Shown here: piece after piece, positions 18,001-24,984 of the stretch
Position numbering within the stretch: the first letter of the stretch is position 1
Layout of the letters: every line of letters starts with the position of its first letter
Origin: a virus
Taxonomy: Duplodnaviria > Caudoviricetes
Length of the DNA: 37,459 nucleotides
IMG/VR virus record: IMGVR_UViG_3300035492_000097
Span: 1-37,459 of that record
Strand: one strand, 5' to 3'
Notes under the pieces: model-generated
The model's database searches: none
What the model saw: the letters and a program-made list of their open reading frames with translations, nothing else
Told to the model about the DNA's origin: nothing
Made by a program: the position numbers and the translations under genes

Positions 18001-18765
18001 GGCTCCGTCAAACTGGTGATCATCTACCGCGACGGTGAATTTTTTGAAGCGGTCATAAAGGCGCTGCAGGCCGAGGTAGTTGCCATGGACGTCGTGCACT
18101 TGAACCGCAACGAACTCGCCGTGCTTATCTTGCATGCGCTTGAGCGAGACCACATTGGCGACCTCGCTGATTTCTTTGCGCTGCAGGTATTCGAACGAAC
18201 CGTCTTCGGGGAATAAAAATCGGACAGTATCCCGAGGCAAGGATATGGCAGTCTGCCCGATGAAAGCGTCTTGATACGCAAGATGCTCGCGAAGGCGTTG
18301 CTCGCGGCGCTTTTTCTCTTGCGCCTCAATAGCAGCAAGCCGGGCTTCACGTGCCCGGCGTTTGCGTTCTTGTTCTTGCTTCCAGGCTTTTTGCTTGCCT
18401 GGGTCGAGTTGGACACCCTTCTCGCGTTCGTATATCTCGAGGAGTGCCTTATAGCCGTCGAAGGTTTCGGTGTAGCCGCCATCCTTCGCCGTCGTAAAGT
18501 TGATGTGTGGGTATTCGATGCCGCCGGCGGTGCGTTTGATGGAACCATACACGGCGACTTTGCCGCGGTAGTCTTTCTTGAGGGTGCCAACTTTGCCGCG
18601 GTACTTCGCGTCGTTCAGTTGGACATTGCCGGCGATACTGCTCCAGTCGATCTGGACTTGTGCTGCCTTGTCGGCCACTTCTGGCCCACAGTAGTCTAGT
18701 AGCGCGTATGGGTCGGAGTTGAATCGCTCCTGGTAAAACCCTTGTAGTGTTCTTCTTTTATCCAC
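15052..18765 (-). CDS. repA: N15-type RepA primase-helicase replication protein
   Basis: TOPRIM VCEGFATG/AADND; Walker A APMGSGKT; IDEASQ; GTG 18765 has a GAGG RBS (ORF track start 18810 is probably too long). Confidence 0.92.
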   Translation of the reverse strand: MDKRRTLQGFYQERFNSDPYALLDYCGPEVADKAAQVQIDWSSIAGNVQLNDAKYRGKVGTLKKDYRGKVAVYGSIKRTAGGIEYPHINFTTAKDGGYTETFDGYKALLEIYEREKGVQLDPGKQKAWKQEQERKRRAREARLAAIEAQEKKRREQRLREHLAYQDAFIGQTAISLPRDTVRFLFPEDGSFEYLQRKEISEVANVVSLKRMQDKHGEFVAVQVHDVHGNYLGLQRLYDRFKKFTVAVDDHQFDGAHCIIGSLTDAEQAYVCEGFATGASIYLATGVPVIVAMNADNLKKVVREYKRVMPDLQLLNAADNDAWKPHVGNKGMMTALELHKDLNVRAVYPIFSELDEEQLKSQPTDWNDLHCIAGLKEVTRQIKARTNKLKAEAHYFEYCLQRLRYAGQKNATDEALKAVGAGMMLSPIVYSSDEVYRWVMNSIPAGCPVNDFKIRGRIMWLAKGKLHNAKSLRSFSNHTLDKSHINYIRLEGVQTEHGNVLLPDTIVDLVDSLQGCIILRAPMGSGKTERLIQPVMHRENKAAYIAHRISLIGDASNRLGIANYQETMAVEMPYTTHLACCVNSIVNPKFQNSDGLSWFETVDTLCIDEASQVLRHTANGPVDNPVRVMDGLVAAMRSSRRVVMCDADANDALVELCEMARPGEPIHVIEVEGSCNHINVLHTDIDSAFGEVVKAVDAGKKVLVADDSANDGKKMVEVLLAKKPDLKVLHVHKDSKADAAVESFLNNPNAQCVHYDVVIYSPAISSGVSITVRHFDVHVAIFHGVVPPTDAVQMMRRDRTARQYILGIGINNTQRETDREAIYRGLVAADEFTVDYEETDEEIILRRRKTIFDEVRLGTIAEENRARNDFANNLLLIMVADGYRVGRMAKDMDDINAAKAMKEYGKAIVEQKRIDMVLSQETPDEETFHKLSRSEVRSVEESAQVDRYHMENQLCVEDITPEVIDFYDDRGIKKVAAMELLQSKEEDAIAYDRAQIKNKVVITRHNYKRATRHQLVTVFEQLGLDRMTGEGEFTHRECRAVMNELLKDKKSIELYNSLKIGAYVNPRALPKDPTTFVKNIMAKLGLVLHKRKTGGRNKLYVAPASWQAIMEYVDLRAAKGVSSLQFVEKDAPAPVASDKRAGLETATEQPEAAPHVVSEGGDTSANKVIYTVEKYPQEVELDRDLIIRTLSEAIAGTSVTLEQARGWLSREDLEDIQLGELTVDQLKFYFKANARRLG

Positions 18766-18856
18766 GTATTGCCTCGGTTTGTATAAATGTACAAATGCAC
18801 GTATGTACAAGCAAACAAAAGTTTGCTATTCCGAGGTCGCTGCTCTACACTACCTA

Positions 18857-18956
18857 TCGACAATTCGGTTTTTGTGTAGAGTTTAACTGGCCGCCAAACC
18901 AGTGAGACCTCGATAAATTTCCCGAAAAACCCCAAGTTGCCAGCTTGGGGTTTTTT
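18857..18956 (+). ncRNA. Candidate ~100-nt sRNA antisense to the repA leader
   Basis: TTGCTA(18823)-17-TACACT(18846) promoter; strong terminator 18925-18956. Confidence 0.55.
18925..18956. terminator. Bidirectional intrinsic terminator upstream of repA
   Basis: AAAAACCCCAAG-ttgccag-CTTGGGGTTTTTT. Confidence 0.85.
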
Positions 18957-19093
18957 CGTTCTGGGCCTTGCCAAAAGCCCAAATCCCTAAATCATATCTA
19001 ACCTTGCACGAAAATGCAGCCGATAGGCTTCTATGGCTGCCTTAGCTTACCTTAAAATTCTCACTTTTCGCAAATTATAACTACTGCGTTTTA

Positions 19094-19747
19094 TCAGTGA
19101 CCATTTGCCAGATGACACACCATATCGATAACAACGCCACAAGTGATTACTTCTTGGTCAATTTTAAGCAGTGGATATTGGGGGTTTAACGGCTTCAAAT
19201 ACTTGTCCGCGCCCTCGATGATCAGCTGCTTGAATGTGGCCTCTTCCGCGTTCGTTTGCATCGCCACGAAAAAGGACTTGTTTTCAGGCACGCGGTTCGG
19301 ATCCACGATGATGTAGCACCCCTCTGGGAAGCTCATGCCATACTGCGCTTGCATGCTGTCGCCCCTAACCTCCAGTGCATAACACCGGGGCGGTAACTTG
19401 GCCATTGGCGCAACCACCCATTTATCGCAAAGCTCAGGCACCACGCCGGTTGGCGAGGAAGCCCAGAGACCAGCTTGCACCCATGAAAGCACAGGAACCC
19501 GCTGCGCAGGATCCGGTACCACTTGGGCGAGCGCCCCCCCATCGGCCTCGGCAAGCATGGAGTCCAGTGAGGTACCAAGTGCTCGGGCAATGTTGCGTGC
19601 TATGTAAACGGATGGCGTCAGTTCACCCCGCTCAACGCGGGATAAGTGACCGGTCTGAATGGCACCATTCATCTCTTCGCAGACACGTTGAAGAGTCCAG
19701 CCTTTAGCCTTCCTAAGTCGTCTTATGACGTTACCGAAATTCATCAT
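19094..19747 (-). CDS. cI: Prophage repressor cI (HTH plus S24 autopeptidase)
   Basis: N-terminal XRE HTH; VQAG cleavage site; GDSM Ser and TFKQL Lys; start at MMNFGN. Confidence 0.95.
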   Translation of the reverse strand: MMNFGNVIRRLRKAKGWTLQRVCEEMNGAIQTGHLSRVERGELTPSVYIARNIARALGTSLDSMLAEADGGALAQVVPDPAQRVPVLSWVQAGLWASSPTGVVPELCDKWVVAPMAKLPPRCYALEVRGDSMQAQYGMSFPEGCYIIVDPNRVPENKSFFVAMQTNAEEATFKQLIIEGADKYLKPLNPQYPLLKIDQEVITCGVVIDMVCHLANGH

Positions 19748-19799
19748 CTTATAATCCGTCGAAAAAAGTCTGGCATCAATGCGGATAGTAAGAATAGAA

Positions 19800-19828
19800 T
19801 TGAAAATTTTTCTGCGAATATGCACAAT
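19800..19828 (+). promoter_or_regulatory. Putative rightward early promoter with an operator-like site in its spacer
   Basis: TTGAAA-17-CACAAT; TTCTGCGAATATGCA 19810-19824 overlaps it. Confidence 0.6.
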
Positions 19829-19866
19829 GACGGGTGCCCAACACTTAGTAATGGAAACCCGGAAAA

Positions 19867-20466
19867 ATGACCGAAGATCAAATAATTATCGAACATACCA
19901 ATCGCTGGCTGCAGGAAACGCCCTGGAGCATTGAGCGGTTTGCCACTGAGCTGCTGGTTCCGCAACTCGAGCAGCTTGAACTTAGCAACCAGAAAGACAT
20001 CACCACGGCCGACGAGCTGCACCGCTGGAAATCAGCGAAAGGCGTTCAAGTCGGCCGAATCATACGCGCCTCCATGAATTTCCCCATGGCCTGGAAGTGG
20101 CCCTGGGTTAATTCACTGCCTGAACCATACCGCTCTGAGTGTCGTCGTGACTTGCTGGCCCTGGCCGGCGTTCTCGATGTTCCGCTACCGAACAGCAAGC
20201 AGGGCAAATGCGGCCAAGCCACCCGAGCCAATTTGGCCGACATGATGCGCGAGTTCGCTGACGTCGTTGCCAGTTCCGCTCCCGCCCAGGATGGGGTCTA
20301 CGACTCCAAGGATGACAAGCAAATTACTCAGAAATACATCGACGAAATGGTTGATGTGATCGAGGTGCTGCACCGCGAGCTCTTCGCCGTCCGCCAAGGC
20401 ACTGGCTGCGTGAGTCGCCGGCATCGCCTGGTGTTGTCAGTTCAACTAACGGAAGAAACCCAATGA
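19867..20466 (+). CDS. Hypothetical regulatory protein (cro/CII position)
   Basis: 199 aa divergent from cI; WVNSLPEPYRSEC segment is reminiscent of phage CII/YdaT-like proteins. Confidence 0.6.
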   Translation: MTEDQIIIEHTNRWLQETPWSIERFATELLVPQLEQLELSNQKDITTADELHRWKSAKGVQVGRIIRASMNFPMAWKWPWVNSLPEPYRSECRRDLLALAGVLDVPLPNSKQGKCGQATRANLADMMREFADVVASSAPAQDGVYDSKDDKQITQKYIDEMVDVIEVLHRELFAVRQGTGCVSRRHRLVLSVQLTEETQ

Positions 20467-21131
20467 GTGATATTGCAGATCAGGCACAGGACGTCATCGA
20501 GCAGCAACTTGACTGGGTGCGCCTTCGAATCTTTCAGGCGCATTCGCTGCATATCAAGGGTAAGCCATTGTTTGAGGGCACGCAGTACTGTGTTCCGGCC
20601 TCTCACATAAAACGCGCCAAGACGAAAGAAGAACGAATCGAAAAAGAGCTCCGCGGCGACCTGTTCCAGGTGAAGGGCCGAGAGTCTCGCAGGGGGAAAA
20701 GTTCCATGCCATTGCCGCCTTGGGCATTCGAGGATAGCAGAGTCGTCCGCGTGGTGAATGCCCTCCCTGATGGCCAGCGCCATTGGATCATGTACGCATA
20801 CAGCGACTGCTACAACTGGGACAATGAGTCCGGTGCGGTTGTCGCTCTCTGGAAGGAGTTCGAGCCAGAGCTGGAAGGTGTTCGCGATGACACCCTGCAG
20901 AAGCTGAAAGGCATGGCTTACCTCTGCGTCCAGGACTTCAAGAACATCAAGAACCGGGGCAAGCCTGCACACTTGCCCTCTCGTATTCGCCAGCTGACTG
21001 GCGTGCCAGAGGGAAACTGGCGGCGTGACTGGTTGCCGCGCTGGAGACGAATGCAGCAAATTCTGACTGAGTTCGACCGTGCGGCCCTGGCAAAGGTGAT
21101 GGAGGTGATTTGTGACCGACACGTTGCCTAA
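20463..21131 (+). CDS. Q: Antiterminator Q with a TraR/DksA-like N-terminal segment
   Basis: Position upstream of the late promoter; Q-like ...GVPEGNWRRDWLPRW; N-terminus MSDIADQAQDVIEQQL. Confidence 0.8.
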   Translation: MSDIADQAQDVIEQQLDWVRLRIFQAHSLHIKGKPLFEGTQYCVPASHIKRAKTKEERIEKELRGDLFQVKGRESRRGKSSMPLPPWAFEDSRVVRVVNALPDGQRHWIMYAYSDCYNWDNESGAVVALWKEFEPELEGVRDDTLQKLKGMAYLCVQDFKNIKNRGKPAHLPSRIRQLTGVPEGNWRRDWLPRWRRMQQILTEFDRAALAKVMEVICDRHVA

Positions 21132-21531
21132 CGCTATGAACTGCACACACTGCGGCACTGCGCCGGAGATGCGCCGCGACGAAAGCCGCGGCCTTTTCAT
21201 GCCTGCGTGTCCCCAGTGTAAATTCCACGCTGAGCCTTGCTTTACCGAGTCCAGCTCCATCGCAAGGTGGAACAGGGCCAACGAAGAGCAGCGCCCTTGC
21301 CTTGGTTGTGGCTCTCAGCCGCGCCTGAGACACAGCAAGCTGCGTGATATGTGGTTTTACCAATGTAAGGGCTGCGGCTGGCGTACCAACCTTGTGCATA
21401 CCGCCCAGGGCGCCTTGTGTGCCTGGCATACATCGAACAAGGAGAACGACGCCCACTATCGAATGCTTTGGCAGGCCCGTTATGACGAGCTGGTTGAGCA
21501 GCGTCAGAAAGGAAATGAACAAAAGCACTAA
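21112..21531 (+). CDS. Tandem zinc-ribbon protein (Lar-like)
   Basis: Two repeats of CxxCG...CxxC...W(N/H). Confidence 0.6.
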   Translation: MTDTLPNAMNCTHCGTAPEMRRDESRGLFMPACPQCKFHAEPCFTESSSIARWNRANEEQRPCLGCGSQPRLRHSKLRDMWFYQCKGCGWRTNLVHTAQGALCAWHTSNKENDAHYRMLWQARYDELVEQRQKGNEQKH

Positions 21532-21578
21532 CAAACAAAAGTACATATAAACATTTGCACAATGACTAGGAGGCCAAC

Positions 21579-21941
21579 ATGATGGCAATGCTCGATATCA
21601 ATCAACTGGCAGATATGAAGCTGGGAGACGTTCTTAAAAATATGTCTGACATGGGCGCCGGCATGGCGAAAGTCACCATGAGCGATAGTAATGACAATCC
21701 ATTGCTTAGCGTGGTTTTAATTACTGGCGAAGATATTGGAGAGTATCTTTCGGCTATCGATAGTACAGAGAAAAAACTCGAAGAAGATACGGTCGAAGAT
21801 GCTGTCGAGCGACTCCGTCAGGCTATCCAGGACTGTGAGGAGTTTGGGAGAGTTTTCTGCCGTCAAAAGTTGCATGCGCCATTTCAGGTTACCGGGGTAA
21901 TGCTAGATTCAGCGGGTGAAATAATCATCGTCGAAGAGTAA
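21579..21941 (+). CDS. Hypothetical acidic protein
   Basis: 120 aa, AGGAGG RBS, AT-richer than the flanks. Confidence 0.75.
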   Translation: MMAMLDINQLADMKLGDVLKNMSDMGAGMAKVTMSDSNDNPLLSVVLITGEDIGEYLSAIDSTEKKLEEDTVEDAVERLRQAIQDCEEFGRVFCRQKLHAPFQVTGVMLDSAGEIIIVEE

Positions 21942-21969
21942 TTGTTGGTTGCCCGTCCTTTATTGATTG

Positions 21970-22004
21970 AAATAAGCCCTTAAAATAGCGGGGCTTATTT
22001 TTTT
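21970..22004 (+). terminator. Intrinsic terminator
   Basis: AAATAAGCCC...GGGCTTATTT plus T-run. Confidence 0.75.
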
Positions 22005-22018
22005 AGAAGGACGGCGGG

Positions 22019-22390
22019 ATGAATAAAAACATGGTTTATTTTGGTTTGGTGGTTGTTGCTGTAGTGCTTTACCTGGTGTTTTCAGGCAGCAACCCATACA
22101 AGAAAGCGGTGGATCACCTGGAGCTGGCTTATTTGAATGCCTACTCCGGCCAGCAGGGTTACTCTGTTCGGTGCCAGTACAAAGAGGTCGCCGGCCGGCA
22201 CTGGGTGTTGTGCACCAGTACGCCAGCCAAGAACGCGGGACTCTGGCAGGTCACCGGCACCGATGGTCAGTTCGAGTACTTAGCCAGCAACGGCAAGGCG
22301 CTGACTGCGATGGAGAGGTTCCAAGGGTCTGAGTTTCGTCGCAACCCTGACTCGAGTCAGATAAGTGCGGCCCTGGCAGCGTTCAATTAA
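22019..22390 (+). CDS. Membrane-anchored or exported hypothetical protein
   Basis: N-terminal hydrophobic segment YFGLVVVAVVLYLVF; two Cys. Confidence 0.7.
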   Translation: MNKNMVYFGLVVVAVVLYLVFSGSNPYKKAVDHLELAYLNAYSGQQGYSVRCQYKEVAGRHWVLCTSTPAKNAGLWQVTGTDGQFEYLASNGKALTAMERFQGSEFRRNPDSSQISAALAAFN

Positions 22391-22419
22391 ACAAAAGACC
22401 AAATGCTCAAAAGAACATA

Positions 22420-22449
22420 TTGACAAAATGACACGCCTAGAGTTAGCAT
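22420..22449 (+). promoter_or_regulatory. Putative late (Q-dependent) promoter
   Basis: TTGACA-18-TAGCAT followed by two terminators, then the lysis genes. Confidence 0.7.
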
Positions 22450-22473
22450 TTTGCTAAATTGCGATAACTGCGT

Positions 22474-22570
22474 AAAAAAGCCCGTCACTGAACGGGCTTT
22501 TTTATTGCCTGAAAACCAACAAACTGACAAAAGTTCATTTGTACAACCCCGCCACCGTGCGGGGTTTTTT
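22474..22570 (+). terminator. Two terminators in the late leader (22474-22503, 22545-22570)
   Basis: AAAAAAGCCCGT-cactga-ACGGGCTTTTTT and AACCCCGC-caccgt-GCGGGGTTTTTT. Confidence 0.85.
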
Positions 22571-22584
22571 ATTGGAGTATCGGT

Positions 22585-22857
22585 ATGGATTTGAGCACCC
22601 TTATCGCCCTGCTGACTCTGATTGTGCTGGTTGTCGGTGGTTTGCTCTCCCTCCTTTGGGGAAAGGTGAACAGCATCTCTCAGCAGCTGGCCGACGAGCG
22701 TGTCCGGTCTGCCGAGAAGTACATCACCTCTCACGAAATGGAACGGCGCCTCGAGCAAGCCATTGCACCGCTGGAGCGAACGCTCGAGCGGATGGAAAAC
22801 CAGAACAACCAGATTTTCCAGCTGTTGCGCCGCCACTACCACGCGGAGGCCAACTAA
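22585..22857 (+). CDS. Lysis cassette membrane protein (holin/antiholin-like)
   Basis: One N-terminal TM segment plus coiled coil; first gene of the cassette. Confidence 0.65.
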   Translation: MDLSTLIALLTLIVLVVGGLLSLLWGKVNSISQQLADERVRSAEKYITSHEMERRLEQAIAPLERTLERMENQNNQIFQLLRRHYHAEAN

Positions 22858-23411
22858 TGGACAAGCAGCAAGCGAAATCAATCGCCATCAACGAAGTGAT
22901 CGAACGTGAAGGCGGCTATGTGAATCACCCGGATGACCGAGGCGGCCCTACTCGTTGGGGCGTTACCCAGGCGAAGGCTCGGGAGCACGGTTATCACGGT
23001 GACATGCGCGACTATCCGGTCGAGGCAGCTTTCGCTGTTTATGACGCGGATTATTGGCAGCGCATGAAGCTGGACGAAATTGGCGACTACAGCCCAGACC
23101 TGGCTGTGAAGCTGTTCGACTTCGGTGTGAACAGTGGAACGGGCCGGGCGGCTCGTCATTTTCAACGGTTGCTCAACTCACTGAACAACCGCGGCGAGTT
23201 TTATCCGGACATTAAGGTCGACGGCGCTATCGGTCAAAAGACCCTGGCTTCGCTGGCCGGCTTCTACCGCAAGCGCGGTGAGGCAGGCTTGGCCGTTCTG
23301 GCCCAGTCGCTTAACGGCCTGCGCATTGCTTTTTGCGTTGGCATCACTGAGGACAACGAGTCGCAGGAAGTATTCGCCTTTGGCTGGTTGTCTCGCATCG
23401 TTCATTTGTAA
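22857..23411 (+). CDS. Endolysin, GH108 lysozyme with PG-binding domain
   Basis: EGGYVNHPDDRGGPT.WGVT, FDFGVNSG, DGAIG motifs; true start MDKQQ at 22857. Confidence 0.93.
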   Translation: MDKQQAKSIAINEVIEREGGYVNHPDDRGGPTRWGVTQAKAREHGYHGDMRDYPVEAAFAVYDADYWQRMKLDEIGDYSPDLAVKLFDFGVNSGTGRAARHFQRLLNSLNNRGEFYPDIKVDGAIGQKTLASLAGFYRKRGEAGLAVLAQSLNGLRIAFCVGITEDNESQEVFAFGWLSRIVHL

Positions 23412-23420
23412 GGAGCTGAA

Positions 23421-23969
23421 ATGGAACCTTTGACCATTGCGCTCGGCCTGGCCAAGTTGACCGGGCTGGATAAGAAAATCGGCCGCTGGATTGGTGGCGA
23501 CAATGGCGAGGAGGTTGCCGAGAAGGTTGTCTCCATCGCCCAGCAGGTAACGGGCGCCAAGAACGGCGACCAGGCGCTGGCCAAGCTGGAAGCCAACCCT
23601 GAGCAGTTGATTGAGTTCGAGCAGGCAATGCACGAGCACGAACTGCACCTCGAGGAGCTGGCCTATAAAGACCGTGCTGATGCTCGAGCGATGCAAGTGG
23701 CGGCGCTGCAGGGTAACGATACCCTGTCTAAGCGTTTCGTCTATTACTTCGCTATCGGATGGAGCCTGTTCGCTTTCCTGTACCTGGGCTTCATTACTTT
23801 CGGGGACATCCCGGAAGCAAACATCCGCTTTGCTGACACTGTCCTGGGCTTCCTGCTCGGTACAGTACTCGCTGGCATGTTCGGCTTCTTCTATGGCTCA
23901 AGCGCCGGGAACGAACGTCGAGCAGAGCAGCAAGACTTGCACGCCGCGTTAACGCCGCGGCGCCGCTAG
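23421..23969 (+). CDS. Putative holin (C-terminal TM helices)
   Basis: DRADARAMQ...two TM segments...FFYGSSAG pattern; follows the endolysin. Confidence 0.7.
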   Translation: MEPLTIALGLAKLTGLDKKIGRWIGGDNGEEVAEKVVSIAQQVTGAKNGDQALAKLEANPEQLIEFEQAMHEHELHLEELAYKDRADARAMQVAALQGNDTLSKRFVYYFAIGWSLFAFLYLGFITFGDIPEANIRFADTVLGFLLGTVLAGMFGFFYGSSAGNERRAEQQDLHAALTPRRR

Positions 23970-24181
23970 TTTTCTCCACTTCTAGCGTCTGTGCCCATCA
24001 TTCGGGCTAGGAGCACAGGCTGTACGGATGCTAGTCGTATATGCCCAGAGACCTGCTGACAACACTTCACGCATTGAGCCAGCAGAGAGGGAAGCCGCCG
24101 CTCAGACTGAGTGTAGGGCGTGAGTAGCCTGCTATGCGTGGCGGGTGAAAGCCGTCCGCCGGTACGTACACCGGCAAAAAA

Positions 24182-24232
24182 AGGTACTTCCCTGAAATCC
24201 CGTGCACACGGGCGGCAAACCCGCGGGCTTTC
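24182..24232 (+). other. Lambda-like cos site (cosQ-like AGGTACT; cosN GGGCGGCAAACC at 24210-24221)
   Basis: GGGCGGCAAACC-CGCGGGCTTTC resembles lambda GGGCGGCGACCT-CGCGGGTTTTC; directly upstream of terS. Confidence 0.75.
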
Positions 24233-24417
24233 CGTCGGTTTGGGCTCGAAAATCGAGTCCCTTCTTCCATACCTGGAAGAAAGGACACGAGGGTCAGGTG
24301 GTGCCGGAGGGCCGAGCCAGACTGCGGTCTGGCGTCCTTTCTTATGCGTTCGCGTTGGAGCTCATAAGAAAGGACAAAGGTTTATTTGTACATTCAAACA
24401 AAAGTCCTTTCTTGCTT

Positions 24418-24984
24418 ATGGGTATCACTGTCACAAAGAAAAACTGGGCCGACATGATCGGCAAGTCTCCTCGCTGGGTTTCAAAGCTCATCGAGGAGGG
24501 AATGCCCGTTAAGGGAGGAGGCGGCCGCGGGGTCGCCGTTGAGATTGATACCGAGGATGCCATCAACTGGCTGATTCGCCAGGAGGTGATGAAGCGTTAT
24601 GGGGATGGTGAAGAAATCGAAGAGGGCTCCGTCGCCGACGAAGACCGTCAACTGAAGCGTGTTCGCCGCGAGAAGATACAGCTTGAGATAGATGCAGCAC
24701 GACGAAAGGTCGTCCCATTTGATGCGACCGAAGCAATCCTGTTTCGGATAGCCGCCGTTTTCGGTACTCAGCTGGATGCGTTGGCGAGCCGCAATGCCAG
24801 TGAGTTTGCCGCATTAGATGACCCAGCAGAGATTCGACAAAAGCTGTTCGCTGAGTGCCGACGGATACGCGCCGCAACTGCCGAAAGACTCCTGTCTGAA
24901 GTACAGGCACTCGCTGCAGAGATTGACGGCCTCCTTGAGGTTGATGGCGGAGATGGTGAAAGCTCCGCCGCCGAGGACAGCTGA
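24418..24984 (+). CDS. terS: Terminase small subunit (Nu1-like)
   Basis: wHTH N-terminus VTKKNWADMIGKSPRWVSKLIEEGMP; likely start ATG 24418. Confidence 0.85.
   Translation: MGITVTKKNWADMIGKSPRWVSKLIEEGMPVKGGGGRGVAVEIDTEDAINWLIRQEVMKRYGDGEEIEEGSVADEDRQLKRVRREKIQLEIDAARRKVVPFDATEAILFRIAAVFGTQLDALASRNASEFAALDDPAEIRQKLFAECRRIRAATAERLLSEVQALAAEIDGLLEVDGGDGESSAAEDS

Noticed and set aside
18696-18974. 92-aa minus-strand ORF upstream of repA
   Set aside because: It runs through a terminator, a promoter and an octamer array and overlaps repA out of frame; probably spurious
22539-22856. 290-aa endolysin with a long N-terminal extension
   Set aside because: The extension overlaps a terminator and the 22585-22857 gene; the real start is ATG 22857
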